A program made the position numbers and the translations under genes. Source: Scandinavium sp. (lineage in GTDB: Bacteria > Pseudomonadota > Gammaproteobacteria > Enterobacterales > Enterobacteriaceae). Taken from it: a stretch of 32,000 nucleotides of DNA. Below, piece by piece: positions 19,713 through 30,448 of the stretch (its first letter is position 1; each line of letters opens with the position of its first letter). The stretch is from contig DASXML010000060.1 of assembly GCA_036495715.1 (NCBI GenBank), positions 32,852 to 64,851 of the forward strand, written 5' to 3'. Below the pieces are notes generated by a model. That model was not told the origin of the DNA, did not search any database, and saw only the letters and a list, made by a program, of their open reading frames with translations.

Positions 19713-19789
19713 TGGGGTGGCTAATGGGATTCGAACCCACGACAACTGGAATCACAATCCAGGGCTCTACCAACTGAGCTATAGCCACC
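19713..19789 (-). tRNA. hisR: tRNA-His (anticodon GUG) with extra 5' G(-1)
   Basis: The reverse complement is GGTGGCTATAGCTCAGTTGGTAGAGCCCTGGATTGTGATTCCAGTTGTCGTGGGTTCGAATCCCATTAGCCACCCCA, 77 nt. Confidence 0.97.
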
Positions 19790-19856
19790 ACTGATATTCT
19801 TTCACGCGGCCCTGTAATTTTCATCACAGACCACCGCAGCTCCAGCACCGGGTAAA

Positions 19857-19933
<77 letters not shown>

Positions 19934-19954
19934 TTAGCGCCGTTGCGGGGTCGG

Positions 19955-19983
19955 ATATTACGGACTTCATGCGATGCTGTCTA
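19955..19983 (-). promoter_or_regulatory. Candidate sigma70 promoter of argX-hisR-leuT-proM with a GC-rich discriminator
   Basis: On the minus strand, TAGACA (19983-78) is followed by a 17-nt spacer and TAATAT (19960-55), then CCGACCCCGC, a stringent-type discriminator. An A/T-rich UP-like tract (aaatttctttaaaaag) lies upstream. The site is ~20 nt upstream of the argX 5' end. Confidence 0.5.
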
Positions 19984-20035
19984 GTCTCTTTTTAAAGAAA
20001 TTTCTCGTTTGGTTATGCTTTGCACGTTTTGGTGT

Positions 20036-21421
20036 TTATTCCTGCGATTTATGCGCTTCACCCGCGCGGCCGAGACGCAACACCTTGTACAGCAACGTCA
20101 CTACGGCCAGGAAGATAGCGCCAACAAAGAGAGACATACGCGTATCCTCGTTGAAGCCCATGCCAATCAGCACGCAAATCAGGAATGCCATCGTCAGGTA
20201 GTTGGTCCATGGGAACAGCACCGAACGGAACGGGTGGCTGGCCATCGCCTGTTTATGCGCTTCGCGAAAACGCAGTTGGCTAATCAGAATAACAAACCAC
20301 GGCACCATGCCCGGCAACACGCTGGCACTGTAGACATAGACAAACACCCGCTGCGGATTTGGGATGATGTAATTCAAACAAGACCCAAGCAACAGCACAA
20401 CAATCGACACGGCCACGCCGACCACCGGCACACCGTTACGCGAGATCTTGGCTATCGCTGCGGGCAACTGACGATTTTTCGCTAACGCATAGAGCATACG
20501 ACCACAGCTGTACATTCCGCTGTTACAGCCTGAAAGCGCTGCCGTTAGCACTACAAAGTTGATAATTCCTGCCGCTGCCGTGATACCGATTTTGGCAAAC
20601 GTCAGCACGAACGGGCTGCCGTTACTGCCAATTTCATTCCACGGGAAAATAGTGACAATGACAAAAATGGCACCGACGTAGAAAATCAGAATGCGCCACA
20701 ATACTTTCCCGACGGCACTGCGCAGCGTGACCTGCGGATTTTTTGCTTCGCCCGCAGTGATACCGATAAGCTCTACGCCCTGGTACGAGGCCACCACAAT
20801 ACACAGCGCGGTCAGAAAGCCTTTCCAGCCCCCCGCGAAGAAGCCGCCATTTTCGGTCAGATTGCCGAAGCCCAATGCCTGACCACCGTTACCGAAGCCA
20901 AAGAAGATAACGCCCAGCCCCACCACAATCATCACGATAATGGTCGTGACTTTGATCATTGCGAACCAAAACTCAAGCTCGCCGTATAAACGCACCGCCG
21001 CCAGATTCGCCAGCCCCACTAGCGCGACGGCGATAAGCGCGGGTATCCATTGCGCCATCTCCGGGAACCAGAATTGGGTGTACACGCCAATCGCGGTTAT
21101 CTCTGATATGCCCACCGCTATCCACATAAACCAGTAGGACCAGGCCGTGAGATAGCCGAAGAACGGGCTCATGTAACGATGCGCGTAAACGGCAAACGAG
21201 CCGGTGACCGGCTCGAGGAACAGCATTTCGCCCATCGAACGCATAATGAAGAAGACAAACAACCCGGCGATGATGTACGCCAACAAAACTGACGGGCCCG
21301 CCCATTTGAGCGTGCTCGCTGACCCCATAAACAAACCGACGCCAATAGTGCCGCCGAGCGCAATGAGTTCAATGTGTCGCGCTTCCAGCCCTCGCTGTAG
21401 CACCGGTTGTTTCTCCGTCAT
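20036..21421 (-). CDS. yifK: APC-family amino acid permease YifK
   Basis: Starting at [35 protein letters not shown] gives 461 aa, as in E. coli YifK. The track ORF extends 62 codons upstream into the leader, which is unlikely to be real. Confidence 0.94.
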   Translation of the reverse strand: MTEKQPVLQRGLEARHIELIALGGTIGVGLFMGSASTLKWAGPSVLLAYIIAGLFVFFIMRSMGEMLFLEPVTGSFAVYAHRYMSPFFGYLTAWSYWFMWIAVGISEITAIGVYTQFWFPEMAQWIPALIAVALVGLANLAAVRLYGELEFWFAMIKVTTIIVMIVVGLGVIFFGFGNGGQALGFGNLTENGGFFAGGWKGFLTALCIVVASYQGVELIGITAGEAKNPQVTLRSAVGKVLWRILIFYVGAIFVIVTIFPWNEIGSNGSPFVLTFAKIGITAAAGIINFVVLTAALSGCNSGMYSCGRMLYALAKNRQLPAAIAKISRNGVPVVGVAVSIVVLLLGSCLNYIIPNPQRVFVYVYSASVLPGMVPWFVILISQLRFREAHKQAMASHPFRSVLFPWTNYLTMAFLICVLIGMGFNEDTRMSLFVGAIFLAVVTLLYKVLRLGRAGEAHKSQE

Positions 21422-21577
21422 AAATCCTCGTGTGTTTGTCGCGTGCCGGTCGATGCCGGTTATTGTTCTGAACAGAATGGCTGCCGTGAAATGTCTGTCC
21501 GCGTTGGCGTACAGGCTTGAAGGGTGCGCATGGTTAATTAAAATGGCTGAAATGGCAAACAAAGTATTAGTTATGCG

Positions 21578-21608
21578 AATGTATTGCACAATTTTCGTGC
21601 AATACATT
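21578..21608. repeat. 12-bp perfect inverted repeat between wecG and yifK
   Basis: AATGTATTGCAC (21578-89), a 7-nt spacer, then GTGCAATACATT (21597-608). A T-run follows on the plus strand only. It starts 17 nt past the wecG stop and ~160 nt upstream of the yifK ATG. Confidence 0.6.
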
Positions 21609-21624
21609 TTTTAAGCGAGGAGTA

Positions 21625-22365
21625 TCAGAGTTGGCTGGTGTAGTGCCAGCGAAGATAGCGCAACAGTCGCAACTGACGAGTAAGACGGCTTGGCTGTGAC
21701 AGCAAACGGTAGAGCCATTCCAGCCCCAGCTTTTGCCATATTTTAGGCGCACGCTTTACGTGACCAGTGAATACGTCATAGGTGCCACCAACGCCCATAT
21801 ACAGCGCATCTGGGTGAACCTGACGGCAGTCACGCATCAAGATTTCTTGTTTCGGTGACCCCATCGCGACGGTGACAATTTTCGCGCCGCTGGCATGAAT
21901 GCGCTCAAACAACGCCTGCCGTTCTTCCGGTTTGAAATACCCGTCCTGGCTACCGACGATATTGACGTTCCACTGCTGACGTAGTTTGGCTTCAGTTTGT
22001 GCGAGAACATCCGGCTTTCCCCCGATCAAGAAAACGGGCGTGCCTTCCGCTCCCGCTCGCGCCATCAACGCTTCCCACAGATCCGCACCCGCGACGCGTG
22101 AAACGTTCGCCTGCGGGTATTTCTTGCGAATCGAGCGCACCACGCTGATGCCGTCGGCATATTTGAATTCCGCAGCGTCAATCAACGTTCGCACCTCAGC
22201 GCTATCTTCCGCCGTCAGTACTTTTTCGGCGTTGATCGCCACCAGCGTTCCCTGCCTCATTTGCCCATCGGCATACAGATAGTCCAGCGCATGCTGCATA
22301 TCGCGCCAGCCAATAAGCTGCAAACCGCGAACGGCATAAAGCGGCGCTGCTGTTGAATCCGTCAT
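21625..22365 (-). CDS. wecG: UDP-ManNAcA transferase WecG (RffM), ECA lipid II synthesis
   Basis: Starting at [30 protein letters not shown] (AAGGAA 6 nt upstream) gives 246 aa, as in E. coli WecG (GT26). Confidence 0.94.
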   Translation of the reverse strand: MTDSTAAPLYAVRGLQLIGWRDMQHALDYLYADGQMRQGTLVAINAEKVLTAEDSAEVRTLIDAAEFKYADGISVVRSIRKKYPQANVSRVAGADLWEALMARAGAEGTPVFLIGGKPDVLAQTEAKLRQQWNVNIVGSQDGYFKPEERQALFERIHASGAKIVTVAMGSPKQEILMRDCRQVHPDALYMGVGGTYDVFTGHVKRAPKIWQKLGLEWLYRLLSQPSRLTRQLRLLRYLRWHYTSQL

Positions 22366-22376
22366 GTGTTTCCTTA

Positions 22377-23723
22377 TCAAACCAGAGGGTGTGGCAGCGG
22401 TCTCGTTCGCTTATTGATAAGCCCGGCGCTGTCCAGCAGCCAGTAAAGCATTTTGGCGATCAGCAGGCAGAGCCCGAACACCACCAGGAAAAAGACCACG
22501 CGAGAAACGAACGAGTCGAGACCTTCGCGGGCCAGCACAATCATGTTGAAGATAGCCCCAAAACAGAAACTGTGCAGGATCGCCGCTTTATAGCGGTTCG
22601 TTTCACGGTTGCCAAGCAGATAAAGCCAGTCAAACCACTTAATGATCAGGCCGACGACCACCGCGCCAAGCGGAATAAACCACGCGCCACCCATTACCAA
22701 CAACGAACCAATCAGCGTGGGGGAAATCGCCAGCCCGGAATGGTTATTCAGCACTTCCCAGGTAAAGTAATTGGCGGTATTCAGTACGATGCCGGGCCTG
22801 TCTGGCCATAGCCAGGTCGGGATGAACACATAGAAATCGCGCACAATCGGCGCCAGTCCCTGAAAATCAATTTTGTCGTAGTTTTGCAGCAACAGCGCAA
22901 GGTTTTCCCACGGCGAGAACGTGTCGCGCGTCAGATAAAGAAACGTGTAGAACGCCTCGTCACCGCTGACATTCAGCCCATAGCGTTTCAGCGCCAGCCA
23001 GAACATGCCGACAATACCCAGCACACCCGCCGCCGCCAGCATCCACAGAGAGATCCAGCCACGAATGATGCCGATAAACAGGAAAATCGCGAAGGCGATA
23101 ATGATGTTGGCGCGCGTTCCGCCGACGATCACATAGGTCAGTAAGCCAAATGCCACGGTGCTGACGAGGAAGAAAATCCACGCTTTGCTGTCCTGACGCA
23201 GGAAATACACCACCAGCATGGCCGGAATGAAGAAATAGAAGAAGCGCTTCAGCGCCACGCCGGAGACTTCACTGGAGAAAATCTGGCTGTAGGAGTGCAA
23301 TTTGAACAGCAGGAAGCCGTTGTGCATGAAGAACACACCGACGCAGAACAGCGCAACCAGCGCCAGTATTACCCACGTCAGATGCGTTTCCACCCGGTTC
23401 ATGGTGAACAGCGGACGGCGCTGAGCCAAAGGCCGCGCGGCGCGTAGGCGCGTTTTGTACGCCACGTAGTAGACCGCATAAAAACAGACCGCCGACAGCT
23501 GTGCCTGGAGCAAAATTTCAGGCGGCGCGATCCCCACGTCAAAGCGGAAGACCAATGTCATCGACAGCGGGAAACCGAAGAAAAACGTCAGCAAAAACAG
23601 CAGCGAGAAGAAGACGTTAAAGTTAAAGCGCACCCGACGAAACTCAAAGTACGTCAGCGTGGCGATAAACAGCGATGAAAACAGCCAGACCATAAACAGG
23701 CCGGTAAACTGCATCAGGCTCAT
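22377..23723 (-). CDS. wzyE: ECA polymerase WzyE
   Basis: Starting at [15 protein letters not shown] (ATGA overlap with the wecF stop) gives 448 aa. It is polytopic and colinear with E. coli WzyE (450 aa). Confidence 0.94.
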   Translation of the reverse strand: MSLMQFTGLFMVWLFSSLFIATLTYFEFRRVRFNFNVFFSLLFLLTFFFGFPLSMTLVFRFDVGIAPPEILLQAQLSAVCFYAVYYVAYKTRLRAARPLAQRRPLFTMNRVETHLTWVILALVALFCVGVFFMHNGFLLFKLHSYSQIFSSEVSGVALKRFFYFFIPAMLVVYFLRQDSKAWIFFLVSTVAFGLLTYVIVGGTRANIIIAFAIFLFIGIIRGWISLWMLAAAGVLGIVGMFWLALKRYGLNVSGDEAFYTFLYLTRDTFSPWENLALLLQNYDKIDFQGLAPIVRDFYVFIPTWLWPDRPGIVLNTANYFTWEVLNNHSGLAISPTLIGSLLVMGGAWFIPLGAVVVGLIIKWFDWLYLLGNRETNRYKAAILHSFCFGAIFNMIVLAREGLDSFVSRVVFFLVVFGLCLLIAKMLYWLLDSAGLINKRTRPLPHPLV

Positions 23724-24799
23724 TGCGCTTCTCCTGCTGCAATGCGCAGCGCGCGGTTCCACGGTTCAAGATAGTTTGGGCGGAAAAACGCGATCTGTGT
23801 TTTATCCACACCTGCGAGCTGTCGCTGAGTTTCTCGCACAACGGCGACGTTCAACGTATCAGCGGTGAACAGCACCGGAATGTGTTGCTCGACCATGTCC
23901 TGCCAGAATGGGTTTTCCCGGTTCAACACACAGGGAATGCCCGCCTGAATCAGCAGGCACAATGTCCCAATGCCCTGCTGGCGCGGAAACAGGAAATAGC
24001 CCAAATCACAACGGCGCAGCAGCGCCAGATACTCATCGAACGCCAGCTTTTCACTGAGAATATGCAGATGTTCTGTACTGAACAGCGCGTCACCTGCCGC
24101 GCGGACGTCGGCAATGTAAGCGTCATTGTTCGTTGGATAGCCCATTGGCAGCATCACGTTTACCGTGTCACCAAACTGCTGATGTATCGCTTTCAGCGCC
24201 GCGACATGATCGTTGCTGCGATCGCCTGAGTTACCCACCAGAATCGTTAATGTCGGCGTGTCGCGCGCCTCGCTTTTCATTTCGTTCAACGACGGATCCA
24301 TGCGCGTCGGGAAGTACAACAGTTCCCCTTGCACCTGCGGATGCGCGCTGGCAAACGTATTCAAATCCCCACGCGTGGCGAAAACACATCCCACGCGCCC
24401 TTGCGCCAGACGGCGAAGCGGATAAAACAAACGGAATTTCAGGCCGCGCGACACTTCGTAAAGATCCGCACCCCAGATATGCCAGTTAAACTGCGCGGGC
24501 TTGATGCCGCCAGAAAGCAGCGCCAGCCATAAGCCGGTATTGAACTGCCCGTGGAAGAAGAAACGCTGTTTGCGGTTCGCTTTTGCTTTCGCCACCACGG
24601 CGGCCGCCAGCGCTTTCTTATTGGGATAGAAAGTCAGAGAGAGATTCGGGCCAGCGGCGCGTAATTCGTTTTCATCGCCCACCACCATAAACACGCGAGC
24701 ATGCTCACTGCCTGCCGCCAGCGCTTCGCTGAAAAATCGCAGAACGGTCTGGTTATGGTGCGGGATATCCGATCCCAATACGTGTATCAGTGCAGTCAT
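23720..24799 (-). CDS. wecF: TDP-Fuc4NAc:lipid II Fuc4NAc transferase WecF (RffT)
   Basis: 359 aa, [23 protein letters not shown]..., with the same length as E. coli WecF. Confidence 0.95.
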   Translation of the reverse strand: MTALIHVLGSDIPHHNQTVLRFFSEALAAGSEHARVFMVVGDENELRAAGPNLSLTFYPNKKALAAAVVAKAKANRKQRFFFHGQFNTGLWLALLSGGIKPAQFNWHIWGADLYEVSRGLKFRLFYPLRRLAQGRVGCVFATRGDLNTFASAHPQVQGELLYFPTRMDPSLNEMKSEARDTPTLTILVGNSGDRSNDHVAALKAIHQQFGDTVNVMLPMGYPTNNDAYIADVRAAGDALFSTEHLHILSEKLAFDEYLALLRRCDLGYFLFPRQQGIGTLCLLIQAGIPCVLNRENPFWQDMVEQHIPVLFTADTLNVAVVRETQRQLAGVDKTQIAFFRPNYLEPWNRALRIAAGEAQ

Positions 24800-26046
24800 G
24801 CCCGTTTACGCCAAATTAAAAATACGCCGCTACACAGCGCAAAATAAACGATATAGGTCGCCATATAGGCCTGTGCTGCTCCTAATGCGCCATGCGCCGG
24901 GATCAGCCAGTGTGAGAACGCCGTCAGCAGTGTGAACTGGCTAATTTCTGTCAAAATATAAAACCGTAGCGAGGCTTTGGCGATCACCAGATAACCGTAA
25001 ACGTAAGCACCTACTTTCAGCACATCGCCCACCAGTTGCCACGCGAAGAGATCTCGCATCGCGGTAAATTTCGCCGAGAACAGCAGCCAGATGGCAAAGT
25101 CACGCAACAGCCAGACGGTGAGACTCGCTGCGGCCACCGCCGGAAGCACAAACTTGAGCGCTTTGCCGATTTCGCGCGTGATATCCGTTTTGACGGTCAA
25201 TCGCGATAGCGTCGGCAGTAAATAAACGCTGAAAGAAGCGGTAATAAATTGCAGGTAAGCATCTGAAATACTGCTCACGCCCTGCCAGATGCCGACTTCA
25301 TCCCAGCTGTAATGCGCCGCCAGCAAATTTCGCATCATCACGTAGGCCACCGGCAACGTCACCGACGTAATCAGCGCCATCAGCGTGAACTTGCCTAGCT
25401 GCCCGGCATAAAAAGCATCCCAGCGTGGTTTAAGGTAAGCAAACGGAATCGCTTTACGCTTCGCCAGCATAATCCCCGCCGGAAGCACCACCAGAGCAGG
25501 CACTAACGCCAGTCCCAGCAATGCGCCTTCATAGCCACCGAGATGCCAGCTGAGAAAATACGCCGCGACGCCAATAAGGCTACCGGCAATCAGCACCAGT
25601 GCGTTTCCGGACGCATCGCGAAAACCTTTCAACAGCGCCAGCAGCAGGTTCGCCCAGGCGATCCCCATTTGGACCAGCGCCACTAAACGCACCAATCCCT
25701 GATAATGGGTGTGACCAAACAGACCCTGACTTATTGGCGCGGCCGCAAGCACAAAAATGATGGCCAGCAGCGTCGAGAAACCGAGCACCATCGTCGATGA
25801 AGTGCCTACTACTTTGCGCAAATGGTCAGGATCGTCGTGATACTGCGCCACAAATTTGGTGACGCCGTTGAATATTCCCGCGCCCGCCAGCACGCCCAAT
25901 ACGGTGACTAACTGACGGAAATTCCCCGCCTGTCCCACGCCGGACGGACCGTATGTGACCGCCAACAGTTTAACGACCAGCAGACCCGCGCCAATTTTGA
26001 CCAGCGTGCTGGCCGCCGTCCAGACAGAAGCTTTTGCCAGTGACAT
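24796..26046 (-). CDS. wzxE: ECA lipid III flippase WzxE (MOP superfamily)
   Basis: 416 aa, [24 protein letters not shown]..., polytopic, with an ATGA overlap with wecF. Confidence 0.95.
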   Translation of the reverse strand: MSLAKASVWTAASTLVKIGAGLLVVKLLAVTYGPSGVGQAGNFRQLVTVLGVLAGAGIFNGVTKFVAQYHDDPDHLRKVVGTSSTMVLGFSTLLAIIFVLAAAPISQGLFGHTHYQGLVRLVALVQMGIAWANLLLALLKGFRDASGNALVLIAGSLIGVAAYFLSWHLGGYEGALLGLALVPALVVLPAGIMLAKRKAIPFAYLKPRWDAFYAGQLGKFTLMALITSVTLPVAYVMMRNLLAAHYSWDEVGIWQGVSSISDAYLQFITASFSVYLLPTLSRLTVKTDITREIGKALKFVLPAVAAASLTVWLLRDFAIWLLFSAKFTAMRDLFAWQLVGDVLKVGAYVYGYLVIAKASLRFYILTEISQFTLLTAFSHWLIPAHGALGAAQAYMATYIVYFALCSGVFLIWRKRA

Positions 26047-26047
26047 A

Positions 26048-27178
26048 TCAGGCGAAGTAGCTTAGCAGGGAGTTGATCACCGTACGTTGATTCACAGTCG
26101 CCAGATTGTAGAACAGCGGCAGGCGGAGCAAACGCTCACTTTCCTGAGTGGTGAAACGATCATCACCCCGGAATTCGCCAAACGCCTCACCGGCGGGTGA
26201 AGAGTGCAGCGGGATATAGTGGAACACCGCCATGATTTCGGCTTCTTTCAGCCAGGCGATCAGTTTTCCGCGATCGGCCTCGTCGCGCAGCTTGATATAA
26301 AACATGTGCGCGTTGTGAACACAATCGGCAGGAAGAGTTGGCAGCTCAATGCGACCCGCATCCGCCAGTGGCTTCAGCGCATCGTAGTAGGTCTGCCACA
26401 GGCTTAGACGCTGCTGATTAATGCGGTCTGCCGCTTCCAGCTGCGCCCATAAATAGGCGGCCTGCAAATCGGCCATCAGATAGCTGGAACCAATATCGCG
26501 CCAGGTGTACTTATCGACCTGACCCCGGAAGAACTGGCTGCGGTTAGTGCCTTTTTCACGGATCACTTCGGCACGCTCTACCAGCTTGCTGTCGTTAATC
26601 AGCGTCGCGCCGCCTTCGCCACCGGCGGTGTAGTTTTTGGTTTCGTGAAAACTAAAGCAACCAATATGTCCGATAGTCCCCAATGCGCGGCCTTTATAGG
26701 TCGACATCACGCCCTGCGCGGCATCTTCCACCACGAACAGTTCATGTTTTTTGGCGATCGCCATGATGGTGTCCATTTCACAGGCTACGCCTGCGTAATG
26801 CACCGGCACGATGACTTTTGTTTTGTCGGTGATCGCCGCTTCAATCAGATTTTCGTCGATGTTCATCGTGTCACGTCGAATGTCGACAAAGATGATTTTC
26901 GCCCCACGTAACACGAACGCGTTGGCGGTTGAAACGAAGGTATAACTCGGCATGATCACTTCATCGCCGGGTTGAATGTCCAGCAACAAGGCTGCCATTT
27001 CCAGTGATGCGGTGCAGGACGGCGTTAACAACACTTTCGCGCTGCCAAAACGCTGTTCCATCCACTGCTGACAGCGACGGGTAAAACCACCGTCGCCGCA
27101 CAGTTTTCCACTGCCCATGGCAGATTGCATGTAATCAAGCTCGGTACCGACAACCGGTGGGGCGTTAAAGGGAATCAT
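26048..27178 (-). CDS. wecE: dTDP-4-keto-6-deoxy-D-glucose transaminase WecE (RffA)
   Basis: Starting at MIPFNAPPVVGTELDYMQSAM gives 376 aa, as in E. coli WecE. It is DegT/DnrJ/EryC1 family, with the PLP-lysine context FSFHETKN. Confidence 0.96.
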   Translation of the reverse strand: MIPFNAPPVVGTELDYMQSAMGSGKLCGDGGFTRRCQQWMEQRFGSAKVLLTPSCTASLEMAALLLDIQPGDEVIMPSYTFVSTANAFVLRGAKIIFVDIRRDTMNIDENLIEAAITDKTKVIVPVHYAGVACEMDTIMAIAKKHELFVVEDAAQGVMSTYKGRALGTIGHIGCFSFHETKNYTAGGEGGATLINDSKLVERAEVIREKGTNRSQFFRGQVDKYTWRDIGSSYLMADLQAAYLWAQLEAADRINQQRLSLWQTYYDALKPLADAGRIELPTLPADCVHNAHMFYIKLRDEADRGKLIAWLKEAEIMAVFHYIPLHSSPAGEAFGEFRGDDRFTTQESERLLRLPLFYNLATVNQRTVINSLLSYFA

Positions 27179-27182
27179 CGTG

Positions 27183-27857
27183 TCACCTGTATAACCAATA
27201 GGCGGTGCTGTCGAGAACAGCCCCACTTTGAATGTAACGTTTAAGTGCCGCGGTGTTGCCCATTTGGGTACCCACCCGCAGCGTTGTCAGCTGATGCTCA
27301 TGCGCCCAGCGCATGGCCGCCTGCATCAATATTTCGCCCGCACCGCGTCCCGCCAACAGCCCGATGCGGGCTTCGCTATCACTGAGCTGGCGAAGGGAAA
27401 CAAACGCACGGATCTCTGCATCATCGTCGCGGAAAATCAGGCATTGATGGTCAAACGTGCCGCGAACGGCATTTTCAATCCATTGCGCGTAAAAACGCCC
27501 ACTGGCCTCTTCGGCATACCACGGCGCGCGAAAACGACTCTGAGCAAACGCCTTTGCGGCAAGCTCTCGTAATCGGGGAATATCATGTTCAGTGGCGATG
27601 TCTGCCAGCGGATCCGCGCCGTCAATCACGGGCAATTTGAAATCGACTTCGCCTTCCACCAGCTGAAAACCCAGTTGTTGCAGCGAATCGAGCCAGTCGG
27701 TACGCTGCGCGGGTATTTTGGCCTGCACGCGTGCCCAGGTTGTCAGATCGGCGGCACACAGTTCCGGGGCATCATCGCTAAAGCGCAAAATCGCGCTGTC
27801 GATACCAAAAAACTGCGATTCCCAACTGAGGGGCTCAATACTGGCGTGGACGTGCAC
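27183..27857 (-). CDS. wecD: dTDP-fucosamine acetyltransferase WecD (RffC), GNAT family
   Basis: The GTG at 27857 gives (M)[17 protein letters not shown]... and 224 aa, the same length as E. coli WecD (MPVRASIEPLTWENAFFG...). The C-terminus ...STAYWLYR is identical. Confidence 0.9.
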   Translation of the reverse strand: MHVHASIEPLSWESQFFGIDSAILRFSDDAPELCAADLTTWARVQAKIPAQRTDWLDSLQQLGFQLVEGEVDFKLPVIDGADPLADIATEHDIPRLRELAAKAFAQSRFRAPWYAEEASGRFYAQWIENAVRGTFDHQCLIFRDDDAEIRAFVSLRQLSDSEARIGLLAGRGAGEILMQAAMRWAHEHQLTTLRVGTQMGNTAALKRYIQSGAVLDSTAYWLYR

Positions 27858-27885
27858 GGAGTAGCTCCAGAACAATACCTTTCAT
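27835..27885 (-). pseudogene. rffH: rffH (glucose-1-phosphate thymidylyltransferase) stub: first 6 codons fused in frame to the last 10 codons
   Basis: The sequence ATG AAA GGT ATT GTT CTG | GAG CTA CTC CGT GCA CGT CCA CGC CAG TAT TGA encodes [17 protein letters not shown]. coli RffH (293 aa) begins MKGIILAGGSGTRL and ends ...[15 protein letters not shown], as I recall. The stub keeps its SD and its overlap with the wecD start. Confidence 0.8.
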
Positions 27886-28007
27886 ATTTTCTCCCAAGAG
27901 GGTGTTCGGCCTGATTGATGCTACCCATCTCAGTTCATGGTCGATTTTGGTCGCGCCACGGCGGAACCGATAAAGCCCGCGCCGCCGGTGACCAGAATCT
28001 TTTTCAA
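27886..28007 (-). pseudogene. rffG: rffG (dTDP-glucose 4,6-dehydratase) stub: N-terminal Rossmann motif plus ~70 nt of 3'-proximal sequence
   Basis: A TTG at 28007 (TTGA overlap with the wecC stop, AAGGAG upstream) encodes (M)[16 protein letters not shown], then ARPKSTMN-stop (TGA at 27932-27930). E. coli RffG (355 aa) begins MRKILITGGAGFIGSALV. The remaining sequence up to the rffH ATG loosely resembles the rffG 3' end in shifted frames. Confidence 0.75.
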
Positions 28008-29266
28008 CGCCACACTCCTTTGGTATCGACCACAAACGACTGCTTAATGCTTTCGCCATCAATGGCTTTGAACTGCTTGTGATCGACCAGCATCACCAAC
28101 ACGTCAGCTTGCGCCAGCGCATCCTCAAGCGTTACCAATTTGGCTTTGTCGATGAGATTTTTCGGCAATTGATGCACGTTAGGTTCAACGACCAACGTTT
28201 CACCGCTGTGCCACTCGGCAATCAGCGACGCGATTTCCATCGCCGGGCTTTCACGTAAGTCATCGATATTCGGTTTGAACGCCAGGCCGAAGCAGGCAAT
28301 CTTAATTTCGCTGGCGCGTTCGTCTTTTGCAGCCAGGCAATCCGCCACCATCGCTTTGACCTGATTCATCACCCAATGCGGTTTGTGATCGTTCACTTCC
28401 CGGGCTGTGCGGATTAAACGCGCCTGCTGCGGATTTTGCGCCACGATAAACCACGGATCGACGGCGATGCAGTGCCCGCCAACACCAGGGCCTGGCTGGA
28501 GAATATTGACGCGCGGATGACGATTCGCAAGGCGAATAAGCTCCCAGACGTTAATCCCCTGATCGGCACAAATCAGCGAAAGTTCGTTGGCGAAGGCAAT
28601 GTTGACGTCGCGGAAACTGTTTTCAGTCAGCTTGCACAACTCAGCGGTGCGAGCATTCGTTATCACGCATTCGCCTTCGAGGAAAATAGTGTAGAGCTCA
28701 CTGGCGCGAGCGGAACAAAGGGGCGTCATGCCGCCAATCACCCGATCGTTTTTAATCAGTTCGACCATCACTTGCCCAGGCAGCACGCGCTCCGGGCAAT
28801 AAGCGATATTCACATCAGCCTGCTCACCGGCCTGCTGCGGGAACGTTAAATCCTGGCGTAGTTCAGCCAGCCACTGGGCAACCTGCTCGGTAGCCCCGAC
28901 CGGAGATGTCGATTCCAGGATGACCAGTGCGCCTTTCTTCAGCACCGGTGCAATGGATTTGGCTGCCGACTCGACAAACGCCATGTCTGGCTCATGATCG
29001 CCTTTAAACGGCGTCGGCACAGCAATCAGGTACGCATCAGCTTCAACCGGCGTGGTGCTGGCACTCAGATAACCACCAGCAACGGCCGTTTTGACCACCT
29101 TATCAAGATCGGGCTCAACGATGTGGATCTCACCGCGGTTGATGGTATCTACCGCGTGTTGATTGATATCCACACCCACCACCTGTTTCTGACGGGAGGC
29201 AAATGCTGCTGCCGTCGGCAGTCCGATGTAGCCAAGGCCAATCACAGAGATGGTCGAAAAACTCAT
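28004..29266 (-). CDS. wecC: UDP-N-acetyl-D-mannosamine dehydrogenase WecC (RffD)
   Basis: 420 aa, [24 protein letters not shown] (Rossmann GxGxxG). It has an ATGA overlap with the wecB stop. Confidence 0.96.
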   Translation of the reverse strand: MSFSTISVIGLGYIGLPTAAAFASRQKQVVGVDINQHAVDTINRGEIHIVEPDLDKVVKTAVAGGYLSASTTPVEADAYLIAVPTPFKGDHEPDMAFVESAAKSIAPVLKKGALVILESTSPVGATEQVAQWLAELRQDLTFPQQAGEQADVNIAYCPERVLPGQVMVELIKNDRVIGGMTPLCSARASELYTIFLEGECVITNARTAELCKLTENSFRDVNIAFANELSLICADQGINVWELIRLANRHPRVNILQPGPGVGGHCIAVDPWFIVAQNPQQARLIRTAREVNDHKPHWVMNQVKAMVADCLAAKDERASEIKIACFGLAFKPNIDDLRESPAMEIASLIAEWHSGETLVVEPNVHQLPKNLIDKAKLVTLEDALAQADVLVMLVDHKQFKAIDGESIKQSFVVDTKGVWR

Positions 29267-30393
29267 AGCGTTACCTGGTTGTTTTTGAGGGCTGACAAAA
29301 TTCGACTACAGGCCTGACCGTCACCATAAGGGTTGTGTGCACGGCTCATCGCCTGATATTCCTGTTCATCACGCAGCAATCGTGTCACTTCATTCACGAT
29401 ATGCTGACGATTTGTGCCAACTAACCGAACCGTTCCGGCATCGACAGCTTCCGGACGTTCGGTGGTGTCGCGCATCACCAGAACCGGTTTGCCCAACGAC
29501 GGTGCTTCTTCCTGAATCCCACCAGAATCGGTGAGAATGAGCCAGGCGCGGTTCATCAGCCAGACGAACGGCAAATAATCCTGCGGTTCAATGAGGAAAA
29601 CATTATCGACATGGCTCAGGATACGGTTGACCGGCTCGCTCACGTTCGGATTGAGATGTACCGGGTAGACGACCTGAACGTCCGGGTTTTCAGCGGCGAT
29701 CTCTGCCAGTGCGTGGCAAATCTGCTCAAACCCCTGACCAAAGCTTTCACGGCGATGGCCCGTCACCAGGATAAGTTTCTTACCGCTGTCTAAGAACGGA
29801 TAGCGCCCGGCTAACTCAGCACGCAGCGATTCATCGGTTAATACGCGATCGCGCACCCAGAAGAGGGCGTCAATCACCGTATTCCCTGTGACCACAATTC
29901 CATTATCGGCAATATTTTCGCGCAGCAGATTCTGGCGCGCATTTTCCGTTGGCGCGAAGTGATACATCGCCAGGTGGCCCGTCATGGTGCGGTTGGCTTC
30001 TTCCGGCCACGGCGAATAGAGATCGCCGGTACGCAATCCAGCTTCAACATGCCCTACCGGGATGCGCTGGTAAAACGCGGCAAGGCTTGCTGCCATCGTC
30101 GTTGTCGTATCGCCATGCACCAGCACAACGTCAGGTTTAAAGGATTCAAGTACAGGTTTTAAACCCTGCAAAATACGGCACGTGATTTCCGTCAGCCCTT
30201 GCCCTGGGCTCATCACGTTGAGATCGTAATCAGGAACGATGGAAAACAGCGTTAATACCTGGTCGAGCATCTCCCGATGCTGCGCAGTTACGCAGACTTT
30301 TGCCTCAAAATGAGGGTCTTTTGCCAGCGCATGAACCAGCGGCGCCATTTTGATTGCTTCTGGTCGGGTGCCGAATACAGTCAGTACTTTCAC
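29263..30393 (-). CDS. wecB: UDP-N-acetylglucosamine 2-epimerase WecB (RffE)
   Basis: The GTG at 30393 gives (M)[26 protein letters not shown] and 376 aa, as in E. coli WecB. The track ORF starts 11 codons further upstream. Confidence 0.95.
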   Translation of the reverse strand: MKVLTVFGTRPEAIKMAPLVHALAKDPHFEAKVCVTAQHREMLDQVLTLFSIVPDYDLNVMSPGQGLTEITCRILQGLKPVLESFKPDVVLVHGDTTTTMAASLAAFYQRIPVGHVEAGLRTGDLYSPWPEEANRTMTGHLAMYHFAPTENARQNLLRENIADNGIVVTGNTVIDALFWVRDRVLTDESLRAELAGRYPFLDSGKKLILVTGHRRESFGQGFEQICHALAEIAAENPDVQVVYPVHLNPNVSEPVNRILSHVDNVFLIEPQDYLPFVWLMNRAWLILTDSGGIQEEAPSLGKPVLVMRDTTERPEAVDAGTVRLVGTNRQHIVNEVTRLLRDEQEYQAMSRAHNPYGDGQACSRILSALKNNQVTL

Positions 30394-30448
30394 ATCAATT
30401 CTCTTTGGGTAGGCGATGGAGCTCAAGTCTCCATCAAAGACAGTTCTG

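Noticed and set aside
27835-28062. A 75-aa ORF in the track on the minus strand (MMAKALSS...[40 protein letters not shown]).
   Set aside because: It starts inside the wecC coding region in an alternative frame and merely reads across the rffG and rffH stubs. It is better explained as deletion remnants than as a gene.
30415-30435. An intercistronic hairpin, GATGGAG-ctcaagt-CTCCATC, between wzzE and wecB.
   Set aside because: It has a 7-bp stem without a U-tract inside an operon. It may modulate mRNA processing, but it is too short to support any claim from sequence alone.
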